Below, piece after piece: positions 24,274 through 35,417 of a stretch of 42,454 nucleotides of DNA (within the stretch, counting starts at the first letter, position 1; every line of letters starts with the position of its first letter). The notes below the pieces were generated by a model, which saw only the letters and a program-made list of their open reading frames with translations, searched no databases and had not been told where the DNA came from. Origin of the DNA: Catajapyx aquilonaris. Lineage: Eukaryota. A program made the position numbers and the translations under genes. The DNA lies in assembly GCA_000934665.2 (NCBI GenBank), contig JYFJ02003417.1:1-42454 (forward strand). Reading direction: 5' to 3'.

Positions 24274-25227
24274 AAGCAGCAGTTCGATATATCAAAAAAT
24301 CGATTTACGATATCTCGAAGGAACGATAAAAATCTATAGTTTTCTCGATCTATCGAAATATATGTGCGATATCTCGAATTATCGATATCTTTTTATTAAT
24401 CCATCAATCTATACGATATCTCAAACTATCTATATATCAAACATCAATATCTCGATTACACCGAAGCCGTGGTAGCGGAGGGGATATGGTATCCGACTGC
24501 TAATCGGGAGGTCCTGGGTTCGAATCCCGGGGGCCGCCGACCCTGAACGTGGTTTTCTGTGGTTTCCCATGGTCTCACCAGGAAAATTCCGGGGTCGCGT
24601 CCGTAATTAATGGCCACAGCCGCTTCCTTCCGTTCCTATCCCATCCCGATATAAGAGAAGTAAAAAAGAAAGTAAGAGTTCCAGATAAAAAAATATGGTG
24701 GTATCCCACCCACCTAAGAGGGCCCATGGCTCTAGCACGGGGTACAAATTATTATTATTATTATTAATATCTCGATTACTCGATTTCTCAATATGGCAAA
24801 TCGATACATTTCTCGATATATCGATATTTCACATCATCGTATATCTCAAATTATCGCTGTACTATGGCTCGAATTAGCGATTAAAATCGATATATACCGT
24901 ATTTCTCGATCTATCAAAATCTATGTGCGATATTCCAAATTATGGGTATACCGGTATATCAAAATAATCTATACTGTATAGATGTCTCGATTTCTCAATA
25001 TGGCAAACTCGATACATTTTTTAGTATATCGATATCTCGAATTTATTATTGACGTAGGCTCGCTATATCTCGAATGATCGATATATCAAACATATATGCA
25101 TGCTTTCCCGATATATCAAATCGATTTGCGCTATCTGGAATTATCGCTACGATATCTCGATTCTCGATATATCACAAATCTGCACATTTTCTCGATTTTC
25201 GATTTTTAGATATATCACCAGGTCCTT
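24274..25227. mobile_element. CGATA/TATCG-rich non-autonomous element, interrupted by a SINE
   Basis: Near-terminal inverted repeat GATATATC(A/T)AAAAATCGA, 17/18 match (24286-24303 vs 25199-25216). Internal degenerate direct repeats, e.g. 24779-24827 vs 24986-25035. No TSD resolved. Confidence 0.6.
24460..24765 (+). mobile_element. tRNA-derived SINE, full length, copy 2
   Basis: Starts ACCGAAGC like copy 1, with an A-box-like TAGCGGAGGGG, B box GGTTCGAATCC, the same body and a (TTA)n tail. 14-bp TSD AATATCTCGATTAC at 24446-24459 and 24766-24779. Confidence 0.93.
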
Positions 25228-26399
25228 CACGCCATTTTTTTTTCTTGACTCAGTTCGCAATGTATGTAGTCAACCTCTGTATGATTCCCATGACACTTGG
25301 ACGAGATTGCCAGCTGGCAGATAACAGGTCCTACTTCATATCCACTCCCCATCCCTTTTCCTCATTTCTGCGGATCTCTTGGGTCTGCCATTCCGGCAGG
25401 GGGTTAAGAAAACAGAGTTGCAGTTTCTTACTGCTGCGGAAGGAAAAACACAAGTTGTACCATTTTGAGTCAACGCTTGGATTCACTTCAGAGAAGGGGG
25501 AAAAAAACTGGTCGAAAAAACAGCTTGCAAGAAGTAAGCTGCAAAAACAGATCCGCTGGAATATAAGTACCTTCTATAAAGCGCACAGAAATTGCTCATT
25601 TACAGAAAGTGGAGAATAATACTGTAGTTGAAAGTAACTGGTTGTCCTAATACTGCTAGCTAAATAATCATAATGTTAACTTCTGTAGTTATGGAACACC
25701 CTGTATATTAGATCCCTTCCTAATATATTTTTCAAGCAAAAATTGCCAAATGTTCCACAAACCGCTAACTAGGCTACTGGTTACGACATGCTAAACTCCT
25801 GTCGAAATCATTGTTTTATTGGGCCATAAAAAGTTAGCCATTCCATTTATAGCCACGATAGGATCCCGAGATTCAATTAGACAGCCACCAAAAAAAACAG
25901 CTGGTGCCAACAACAATAGCGAGACAGGCCTAGAGCACTCCAAGCCCCAGGTTCCAATTAGGCCTAAGGCGCGTCCTAATTACGGCCCGCCTAACTAGGC
26001 CTAAGGCTAGCCCTAATTAGGCCTCGAGCTATACTCAGTTCTAACCAGTCGTTATACTACCAGGTGCAAAAAAAAACCGTGATTTTGTTGCCTTATCAAC
26101 AACAATAGCTCCCTAAGGTATATTTGAGTCCAAGTGTTGGCAATTTTCTTTTTTTCCCCATCCTCCCCACATCCCCGCCTTCCCCCACCTCCTCGGGCTA
26201 TATTTTTTGTTACCTGGCTAGGAGCCAGGGAGCCTGTTGCCCAGCAAGTTCACGGAGACGATTTACTCGCGAATCTTCTTCTTAAAAAGGGGGTCGGGCA
26301 TAAATCGAAGAGGCGGTAGCATCAATCATTTATGGATAAGTTCCCGACAAATTTGCTTCACTTTTATGGTGGGTTTGGAAACTTGTTGGCGGAGTTTCT

Positions 26400-26607
26400 G
26401 ACTCATATCGGGGAGTTGAAGACTTGCATTATCTGCAATGGTCATGCAATGGTGGAAGCAATTTTTTTCGACTTTTTTTCTGTATGTCTGTCCGTCCGTG
26501 GACATGTATCATGGTCTCACTGTGTTACATAGAGGCAAACCGGAAAACATATTCGGATTCAGCTTGATCAAAATATAGGTTTCATTGTCAACTTTCGTTT
26601 ACCGGTA
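26400..26607 (+). mobile_element. Possible DINE-1/HINE-like (Helentron-associated) remnant
   Basis: CTGTATGTCTGTCCGTCCGT microsatellite at 26480-26499 followed by ATATTCGGATTCAGC. Boundaries uncertain. Confidence 0.3.
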
Positions 26608-26683
26608 AATGAGTTTCTCATTTAAAACTGACTTTTTCTCATTTAAAAATGACTCTTTCTCATTTAAAAATGACTCTTTCTCA
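26608..26683. repeat. 21-bp tandem repeat, about 3.5 copies
   Basis: Unit TTTCTCATTTAAAAATGACTC. Confidence 0.85.
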
Positions 26684-27051
26684 ACAAAAAGATGAGGAAT
26701 TACATCCTGACTGTACATTATGTAGTCGTTACATGAAAATTGCCCATAAGTAAGATGTCAGTAACGGAAGAGACATTATGCACGCTTCAAGGTCAGGATA
26801 TTCAGGTATAGGTCATGATAATTACGAGACAACTGTGCGTGACTTAACCAACAAAAATGAATCCCCGCAGGACATTTTGGACAACAAAAGAAGCTTGTTA
26901 TACAGTTGGGGGGGGGGGGGGTGTTCCTCACTACGGAGGCAAGCGAAATGTGCGCGGAAATTGGACAAATGGTCAATGTCGCCACCTTTTCAAAAGGGGA
27001 AAAGCTTGACAAATGGACTGCAGCCGAGGTGAAGATTTTATCGATTTCTAG

Positions 27052-27180
27052 GAGTGACTGCGATTCCTGGACAGGGACTGGAAGGATGGGCTTCCATCCA
27101 GGACAACCGAATTATCACTTTGCCAGCCTCGCCGTCGTCCCAAGGAAATGGGTCTTATCTGGCCAATTGCAGGGGGCCGG
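27052..27180 (+). CDS. Candidate internal exon (VTAIPGQGLEGWASIQDNRIITLPASPSSQGNGSYLANCRGP), phase 1-1
   Basis: Acceptor TTTCTAG, 129 nt open and GC-richer than the flanks, donor CCGG|GTAATG. Confidence 0.4.
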
Positions 27181-30100
27181 GTAATGAATCGCTGCTTTAT
27201 ACTATATTAGGTTCATTACAACGAAACATCGGCAGTGACTTGGCTGAACAGGTTGGTTCATTATTGCCAACAGTTAATTACATTGTTACTCGTCAACTTA
27301 TCATTTTTACCTCGTATACAAAGGACAGTGTCAATTGCACGTGATTTTCAACTTGAGATACGCCATGCAGCGCTCATTTCGTCGCTAAATCGTGTGATAC
27401 AATAGCAAATGAAGAGTGACAAGTTTTTTAAATCAAAAGTTTGTCACACTAGGCGAGCACTTTGCCGAAGACCTCCAGCAAAGTTGTCAAACTCGATTGA
27501 GATCTAGTTTCTCTTATCCTCTCAGGATAGCACGAAAGTGCGAGTCTCCCATTCTTAATTCAATCAAGTATAGTCCGTTAAAGTTGGAAGACTTTGGGAA
27601 CCTTTAATCTGGACAGATTACATATCGAATGGGACATTTTAGGACACAAAAAAGTCGAGGCCACTGCAGAGGACAGGGATTTTTTATTTTTTTTGCTGTC
27701 ACGTGTCGATTCTGCAAAAGCGACACGGAAAATCTCTGGGCGATTTGGCGAGACGCGGGTCTTGTTAGCATTAAGAGTCCATTGAAACACTAAATTTCCC
27801 TTTGACGAAGAAGCGAGACGGCAATCTGGTGGCTTGTGCCTGAGGAAAATAGATCTGTCTTGCACGTGACAGGCATCGATTTGCTATTTTTATCTATTGG
27901 GCACCGTTAAGGGGGCGGTTTTCTAGAGGCGTGTGCGTTAACGTCAACAGAGGGCAGCACCTCGGGGGGCAAAGCCTGAAATCATCGCGTGATATAGCGG
28001 AGTAATCTTATTGGCACCTTCGACCCAACCATTTCTTATCTTGTTTCCCGAGAGGAGCGTTGCCGGGTGTGTAAGTGGGCCAATTGCAGGGTTTTTCTCA
28101 AGTAAATGGTGGGTGGTGACATCTAGTGGCGAGAATGTGTACGGTGGGTCGTTAGACACGTGAAGGTCTGGCGTTGATGAGAAGGTATTGCTGTGTAACC
28201 ATCCTATCCTCGTACGTATTTGCCCTGCCCAGTAATACGAGCAGAGAATTCTCCAAAGTGAGCAATATTTCCTATAGAAGTAGGAACTTCATAGTCTCCA
28301 CTTCTGTCACCATATGATTTATGCTGTAGGAATTTTTGCATTTTTGATAGTGCCAGATGAGTGAAAAATTCCAGGAATGTCGCCCAAAATAATGTTGGGA
28401 TAATTTTAACGTCTTTTGAGTGGCCATGACTGCTGGGTATAAATAAAACAAGGTGATTTTCTCGTATTTATAAAATTCCTCGAGCAAGTGGTCTTTCCCC
28501 ATACACTCTTATAATGCAAGCCAGCTGGCAACCTCACAATCTCACGCCCAGTCACTTTAGAGTAGTTACATAAAGGGCATTCACATATTTGGCAACTTCC
28601 GCTGTTTATGTATTGCAGTGAGTAATATCATTTATTGCATCCCTATAGTTCTCAGTAGGTAATCTAAACTTCTTAATGAAAGTGCATGGACTTCTTTTTG
28701 GACATGTACAATACACTGAACAATGCTACATACCACCTCGCAATATCTTCCAATATTTTATACCCCCCATATAGAACCAATTACCCCTCCGGATACAGTA
28801 ATTAGTGTACTATAGGCGCCTTTGATGAGGCATTCATAGCCTCTGCCTTTGTGGACTTTTTGCACAAAGCTTGCCTGCAACTGATTACATGTGTTGTGGG
28901 AATTTCGGCCCAGTCAAGAGAAGACCTAGCGGTTTTTTAAAAAATATTCCCATTTAGGTTAGGCATAGTCTTGTAGCATTTTCTGATGTACAAAAATCCG
29001 TCGTGCCCTAGCACAAGTGTGCCACCCTTTTCACCGCGGGCTTCCTATATTTGGTTTCAATTAAGCACGCTACACTGATCAAAGCGGATTTTTTTGCACC
29101 TGTGAGCTTTTCGCACTCAAGATTCATGGACGAGAAGTAATTCGGCATAAAAGGATTTTATTGTAATTTATTTTTTTTACATCCAAGACCAGGCTTTTTC
29201 GTATTACGTAGTGCAAATCGAATGTGACATACAGTATCTGCGGAATATATTGTGTACTGTAGCTCTCATAATGGTGCGTCCAAGCATCTTTTAATGAATA
29301 GGTTCGCTACTTGGAATCTTCCATTTCAATAGTCCTTTAGTCATTTTCATAAACCAACCCTTATCCTCTTCACCAATGTGACCAAGAAATTAACTTTTGC
29401 CCCTGTACATCAAAATTCTAAAGCCCATTACTACATTTCGAAATAATAAAAAAATGGCGTCTTTAATAGCCCCCCTCCGAAAAATCTGAATTTCTAACGG
29501 AGTTGAAGCCGCGACACTGTAATTTCCTCTCTCTTTGATGTCCTCCAAAATATCAGAAATCTTTTCTGCCTCTTCACTTTTCTCACGCATTTCCAATACC
29601 TTCTCCTAAAACCTCAACCGAGGACCCGACTCCCTAAGAAAGAAGAAGAAAAAAAAAAATTGACTCTTTGATTCATGAAACGGGAGCCTAGCTGCTTCTA
29701 GAAGAAGAATAAAAAAGATGGTGGAAAAGGGGAGCTCATCATTTAGTCTGCAAGTTGAGAGCGGGCCTATACAATATACATCATTGTCGTAAACTTCAGG
29801 CCTTGGCTAAGACTATACTCGAAGCATCCATTACCATCCTGTCTGTACAAGAAGTGTGTAACTCATCAGCAGGCACTTGTGTAATCCGGAAGCTGCACCT
29901 TTTTTTTNGGGGGGGGGTATGAAACGTGCCACCTTGAGCTCGATCACGTATTTCCAACCCTAATTTTTACTGCAGAATTCCAATGCTGTACAGTAGTTTG
30001 CTGATGGGTGCCACCTTGCATTAGAAAATGGTCTATCGCCTCTTTTACTAGGATGATTGTTAGAAGGCTGTGGGATGCCTGCCAGATGAATGGTGGGCCA

Positions 30101-31213
30101 AAAAAGCAAGGGAGGTTTTAACAATTAATCGGCTTTTGGATGTACAGTAGGTACTGGAAGCTCCGGATGAAATTAAGGTCTGGTAACCCGAACTGACATC
30201 CTGATTATTGCGCTTTATCATTCTACAAATATCAAAGACAGATATGAAATATTTTAACGCCATAATTATGTGAATAAATATTTATCGTCAGTTTTTGAAC
30301 GTGAAATTTTAGTTAATTTGTGGCTGAAAGTGCACATGTGCATGAAACCGTCTACAAAAAATTAACATGTAACATAATGTTTAACAATCGCACAGATTCA
30401 CATTAACCATGTAATTTTTTGGCAAAAAATTGAATCTCGCTAAAATATTTTAATGCAATAATTTTAATGCATCAAAATTGGCATGATCTTGGGCCATGAA
30501 CCAACGTGACTGGAGTATTTTAATGGGGGAAAAGCATTGCAAACGTGTTAGTGACGTACATTTAAAAAAATACCATGCCAGAAAATCGTCCTTTTAACAT
30601 TCGTTCCTGTATTTCTAACCATAATTTACTGCAGCAGAAGTCTTCACAAACGTGAATACCACTGTAGAGCAAGACAAGACTTGCATAATATGCAAATTCT
30701 TGCCTGTCACAACCCTGTTGTGTCAACCAATGTGGTGTAATCCTTGGCCAGCAAGTATAACCAGCAAAATTTTGTTCACTTTGACAAATTCATAGTTCTG
30801 TCTACTCCCCCGTTGTTATAGTACCCCGCATAATTCTATTGCTGGAATTCGGGAACACTTAACAAGGTCGCTTCAATTATCGATGCACAGTTCCAGCAAA
30901 AGGCAGACAATGGACGCATACGAAAACACGTTTTTTGCCATATATTGTTGAAACATATTTTGTGCGGTGTTTAATTAATATTTAGCACACCTCCATTGTT
31001 GATGCTGATGGCCAGCATGTCGCGTGCAAACATTAATAAGAAGAGTAGGCAACACGTTTAATTATGTGTTGTACGGTCGTAAATTAGAGGTGGAAAAAAC
31101 AACGTTTGCGATGCTTCTTCATTCACGCTGTTTTTGGTCCCGGATATTTGGATGCATGCAGGCGTAGAATGACTACTAGTGCTATTACTATTACTGTCAA
31201 TTCCATTTTTCAG

Positions 31214-31395
31214 ATATGATTTGGAGAGGGGTTGAACAATATTTCGAAATGATCTCATTTGAGGGATGCAGTAACAATTTGAGTGAATGTGATAGAATGA
31301 CAGGATTGATTGGCGGAACTCTGAAAGTTATTTGCATTAAGCCCATGTTCGTGCATATGCAAACAGAGGACGAACAAATCGATGAATTCATGCTC
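31214..31395 (+). CDS. Candidate internal exon (MIWRGVEQYFEMISF...EQIDEFML), phase 1 to 0
   Basis: Strong acceptor TTCCATTTTTCAG and strong donor CTC|GTAAGT. Only one frame is open across the 182 nt. Confidence 0.55.
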
Positions 31396-31961
31396 GTAAG
31401 TTATTATTTGGCCACCGATCATGTACTGCGTGTCCAAATGTGACATCAACTCTGGAATGTGTGACAAATGAGTGCTTGTGGTTCACACGAGCCTATAACG
31501 ACAGTCACTGTTCACACCAACAAGTAAGATTGAGTACATGATAAATTATATTGTTTCCTTTGATGAAGGCACTTGCTTTGAACTGTGAATAATTGAGCAT
31601 AAGGATCTGGCGGGCAATTCAAACCTAGGCTCTCACCACAAGCTTCACCGTGGCATAATTAGAATCAACAGATCTATTATAAGGGCCTACTTACATATGC
31701 AGATGCTCGTCTGCAAATCCTCCATTGTACTATATATGGTATAGTTCAAATGAGCAGTTCGGCTGACACACACCCTTGTAAACAACTGCAGGTCGGTAGG
31801 TTTCGCCCCTATATTAATTCGACCACATGGCCACATATTCCTAGAAGGCATGCAAAAATTCGCAATTTCTGGAAGCGGTTTGCAGTGACATCCGGTTTTG
31901 CAGCATCAATCTGCACCTACATGCATGGGCGGCCTTGCCTTTTCCAAAATAAATTCCGCAG

Positions 31962-32057
31962 CAGATTTTCGAGCAGGCCAGAACCCATGTTCCACGAAAG
32001 ATATTATACGGAGGCGAATTCCAGCTGGAACTGAGAATGCTTCGCCAGATGATATAG
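31962..32057 (+). CDS. Candidate terminal coding exon (QIFEQARTHVPRKILYGGEFQLELRMLRQMI*)
   Basis: NAGNAG acceptor TTCCGCAG|CAG. Phase 0 continues the frame of exon 31214-31395 to TAG at 32055-32057. Confidence 0.45.
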   Translation, partial: QIFEQARTHVPRKILYGGEFQLELRMLRQMI

Positions 32058-33914
32058 AGCTGATCAAGGAACCTATTTCTGGCAAAGGGAGTTGAAGAAG
32101 GTTGGCAAAAGGAAGGGGTTCGGGCTCGGCTTACTTCAAACTTCACAAAAGTCGTGCCGGGAATCTAAGACGTTGAGGCAAAAGGCGCTGATTGCGTCAT
32201 TTGGTAATTAACCATACTGAGAAGGAGGGCTCGTGAACATTAGGCCTTATTTCCTCATAATTAATCTGCTTCCGAATCGATGTGAAGTGTGTGTTCTTTG
32301 AATGGCAACGTTGTACCTGCCACTTCGGGAAAGTTCGGTTAAGATCGGCTTAGGTGTTTCGGCTCAGGTGTTGCCACATATGGTTCAAAACCACGTTCGA
32401 AAGGGTGACATTTCCCAGAGTTCGCATTGCAACGTCAACTGCACACATTTCGTCAACCATTTAACTGACCTTCAGTGCTAACTGCCAGATCAACAAGATA
32501 ACTTTGAAATGAACTGCCCATTGAAATGATTGAAGAAACGGGGCCCTAGACCCTGAAAGCCACATGTCAGTTGGCATGTCCACTCGTAAACATCACATAC
32601 ACACATGCAGATGTTTCAGGTGCACCGAAAATACATGTTTGGCCAGCAAAGGTCAGATGTGGCCACTTAATGCAAAGTCAAGGACTTTTATCACACGTGT
32701 GTAAGGCTGAAATTATGCACTATCTGTCCTATTACCAGTGAAGTTTGCAGCGGTTATCCCAATACATTATTGCAGGTTTCTGCACAGACGGGAACCTCTA
32801 AAAGCTATGCAAATAAGATTCCAATCCTAGAAACACGTCTGGTGAAATAATGGCTTCCATGCATTTTCTCGCAGGTTATTCCCGTAACTCTTCAATGGCC
32901 CCTCGCTGCAGAACTCTGCACCTTTATACACAAGCCGACCTTAGTAATGATTTTTAATGGCGTCCTTGGATCTGATACTATAAAATTTTGGCCCAAGGAA
33001 ATACTAGCTAAAAGCACAGTTTCTGAATCCATTGCCTGTTTCTGCTTATTTTAAACAATTTAAGTTCATATAGCTGCATATCAGTTTTCTGCTATTAGTC
33101 CTATCTTATTAAAATTCACTCACTCATTTTTTTTAAATGCCCATACTATCTTAATTCTCCCCGCCAAAAAAATGAGTACCTGCTGTGGCATGAAATTCAA
33201 ATCGGGTAATTACCTCAACCCGATACAACTTTGACCTTATAGGTTGAGGATGTAAAGTAAGGTCAATTTTGGAAGTCTCTGGTGCTTCTCGAACTGAATC
33301 GTTGGCTTGGGTCCAACTCTTTTTCCGGGGCCCCATCTTTAACGTTCTTCTTAGGAAGGCGTGGGAAAAACTGTTCCCGTGCCAATTACATCACTTTTTT
33401 TTCCATGTTATGGAACGCCCTTCAGATGCCAGTCTATAATTTTTACGCCATTACAATTTAATTAGAGTCCTTAAATCAATTCGTCTATTGCCACATTTTG
33501 GCAATGTATCTAGTTTTCTGGAGAAATACATGGCAGTTTTTGACATCTTTCTTAGCAGCTTTAGAGACCGTTGCCAAAAAAGACTGCTTCATTCATGTCC
33601 AGTCCTCTGGTTTTATGTCCGGTTTTTTCCCCCCGAAATCAATGCTCAAGGTTCGGAGCTGCACACATTTAGCGATGTTACAATAGCAGGCTTCGTAAAA
33701 CCTGGGCCCGATGTTCAAACACCAATTAAGCGACCCTATAAAAATGCACCCATATCTTTCGATCGGTTAACCCTGGCAGGGTCAAGGCTGATGCTGTTGG
33801 TGCAAGGGATGCTGCTGCTTCCACCTGACCTTTAGAGCAAGCAACAATTTTGGCAACTAGATGCTCAGATTTTCTGTTGCACCAATGATGAACCAAAATT
33901 GATTGTTATATTAA

Positions 33915-34032
33915 CCTCCTGAGACCCCAAGTACACCTTTCAATCACCTTTGTTTTTTTACGCGTTTGAGTTAGTCAGAAGGTGCTGGAAAAAAACAAAG
34001 GTACAGTATACTGTACCAGGGGTCTCAGGAGG
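33915..34032. mobile_element. piggyBac-type MITE, 118 bp
   Basis: Perfect 14-bp TIRs CCTCCTGAGACCCC / GGGGTCTCAGGAGG. TTAA TSD at 33911-33914 and 34033-34036. Internal inverted ACCTTTGTTTTTT / AAAAAACAAAGGT. Confidence 0.9.
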
Positions 34033-34243
34033 TTAATTGCGATCAATTCTTAATCTGCAAGTAAATGTGTCGATGATGATGATGATTGACAACATTTGGC
34101 AATCTTCAGTAGTGCACCATTGAACCACTGGTTTTCTCTTGTTAATTGCTCAGTCAGTAATTAATGTTGGATCAAAAATTCATTTTTCATCAAATAAATG
34201 TGGAGATTTGTATATGTATATAATGAAATGGATGACCACGTAC

Positions 34244-34376
34244 CATAAAGCAGGCTCCATTCATTCTTGCGAAAAACCCACGTTGAATGGAAGGTCTGGC
34301 CCTTCTTGTTGGAGTCACTGCTTCCGAACCTCCGGGTTGACCCCCGGAAGGATCCTCTGACCCTCCTGATGCTCAT
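34244..34376 (-). CDS. Candidate first coding exon on the minus strand (MSIRRVRGSFRGSTRRFGSSDSNKKGQTFHSTWVFRKNEWSLLY), phase-1 donor
   Basis: CAACCATG start context, donor TATG|GTACGT, and a TATA-like box plus E-box cluster about 145-220 nt upstream. Confidence 0.4.
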
Positions 34377-34519
34377 GGTTGGATTATATCTTTCACTGTG
34401 TCCTCTTCCTCACAATCCAAACACAACTAGGACACCCACAAATGAAGTCACGTATCACTTCTTCTTGGTCCGGTGATGCTGATGGCACCTGGCACATAAT
34501 TCATGTGGAGTGTCCGCTC

Positions 34520-34690
34520 TTATAAGTAGCACCCTAGGATCAACACGTGCGCATCCACTGTAGCACCTGTGGTCCACACGTCACGGGTCACGTGCCGAGA
34601 AAAAAAAGAAATCAAAAGAGGACGTCATGTGAGTGAATTCACGTCTCATCCATTAGTAATGAGAGCAATAAGTACGCTGTTATGCAACTA
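34520..34690 (-). promoter_or_regulatory. Promoter-like cluster: TATA-like box, E-boxes, CRE/bZIP-like sites
   Basis: TTATAA at 34520-34525. CACGTG at 34544 and 34589, CACCTG at 34564, CACGTC at 34577, GACGTCA at 34621, TTATGCAA at 34680. Confidence 0.4.
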
Positions 34691-35417
34691 ATAAATGTGC
34701 AATTCGCAGAATTGCCCATTAGCACCTGAACACACTGTCACCAAATTTTTTTTTTTCTTTGAAAAATAATGTTACATGTTACACCGAAATATATTCGCGA
34801 GAAGCGTGCACGCTTGGGCGGGTCAAAGTTTAGGGACACGCACACGGGTGAGGCTTACCCAAACCGCCTCTTGCAGGCCTCTCCGCCAAAATTCTCTCTG
34901 GCGAATCTCTCTGCCTCCCTGCGCACTCGCATGAAAGCAAAGTGGGCTGTGGGGAGAGGCGGGGGTGTAAAGGGGGGAGTAGGGTTTCAGGGTGGGAAAA
35001 GGGGAGGGGGGGAGGCGGGGGTTACGTTTTGCAGGGAATACCAGGGCCTAATGCAAATCTCTTTGCTGTCCTACCTACGACCTAATCGTGTGCTGCTCTG
35101 GAAAACGCATCAAATTTTTAAAACCGGTCCTTTATCTGGTTAAATTCGAGCTGAGTAGGTCTACAACAGGGGATGCTGGGCGAGGTGAGAGGAAATGGTG
35201 TAATGCGGCCATTTTGAATGTGTGGAGTGGAGGATGGTGGGCTCAAGTAGCATTGAGTTGGCCTGTACAGTGAGCTAAAGTTGAATGGGGGATAAATGAA
35301 AGCAAAAACAGGATTGTAATGCCGCCAATTTGAGGGCGTAATGGCCAGTAAAATCCAACTGAGAGCCATTTTGTATATGGCTAGGCCTGATTTTTTTTTA
35401 ATGATATTACACGATTT

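Noticed and set aside
24460..24535. tRNA-Ser(GCT) gene (also about 21597-21672 on the minus strand)
   Set aside because: The anticodon arm TCCGA-CTGCTAA-TCGGG and the T arm are present, but there is no long Ser variable arm or proper acceptor stem. The sequence continues into a SINE body, tail and TSD.
25074..25619. 181-aa ORF, the longest in the track
   Set aside because: It starts inside the CGATA-rich repeat and runs into unrelated sequence, with no protein-like motif.
29390..29633. Minus-strand Glu/Lys-rich ORF after a strong pyrimidine tract
   Set aside because: All three frames from the acceptor hit a stop within about 50 nt. The composition is explained by purine skew.
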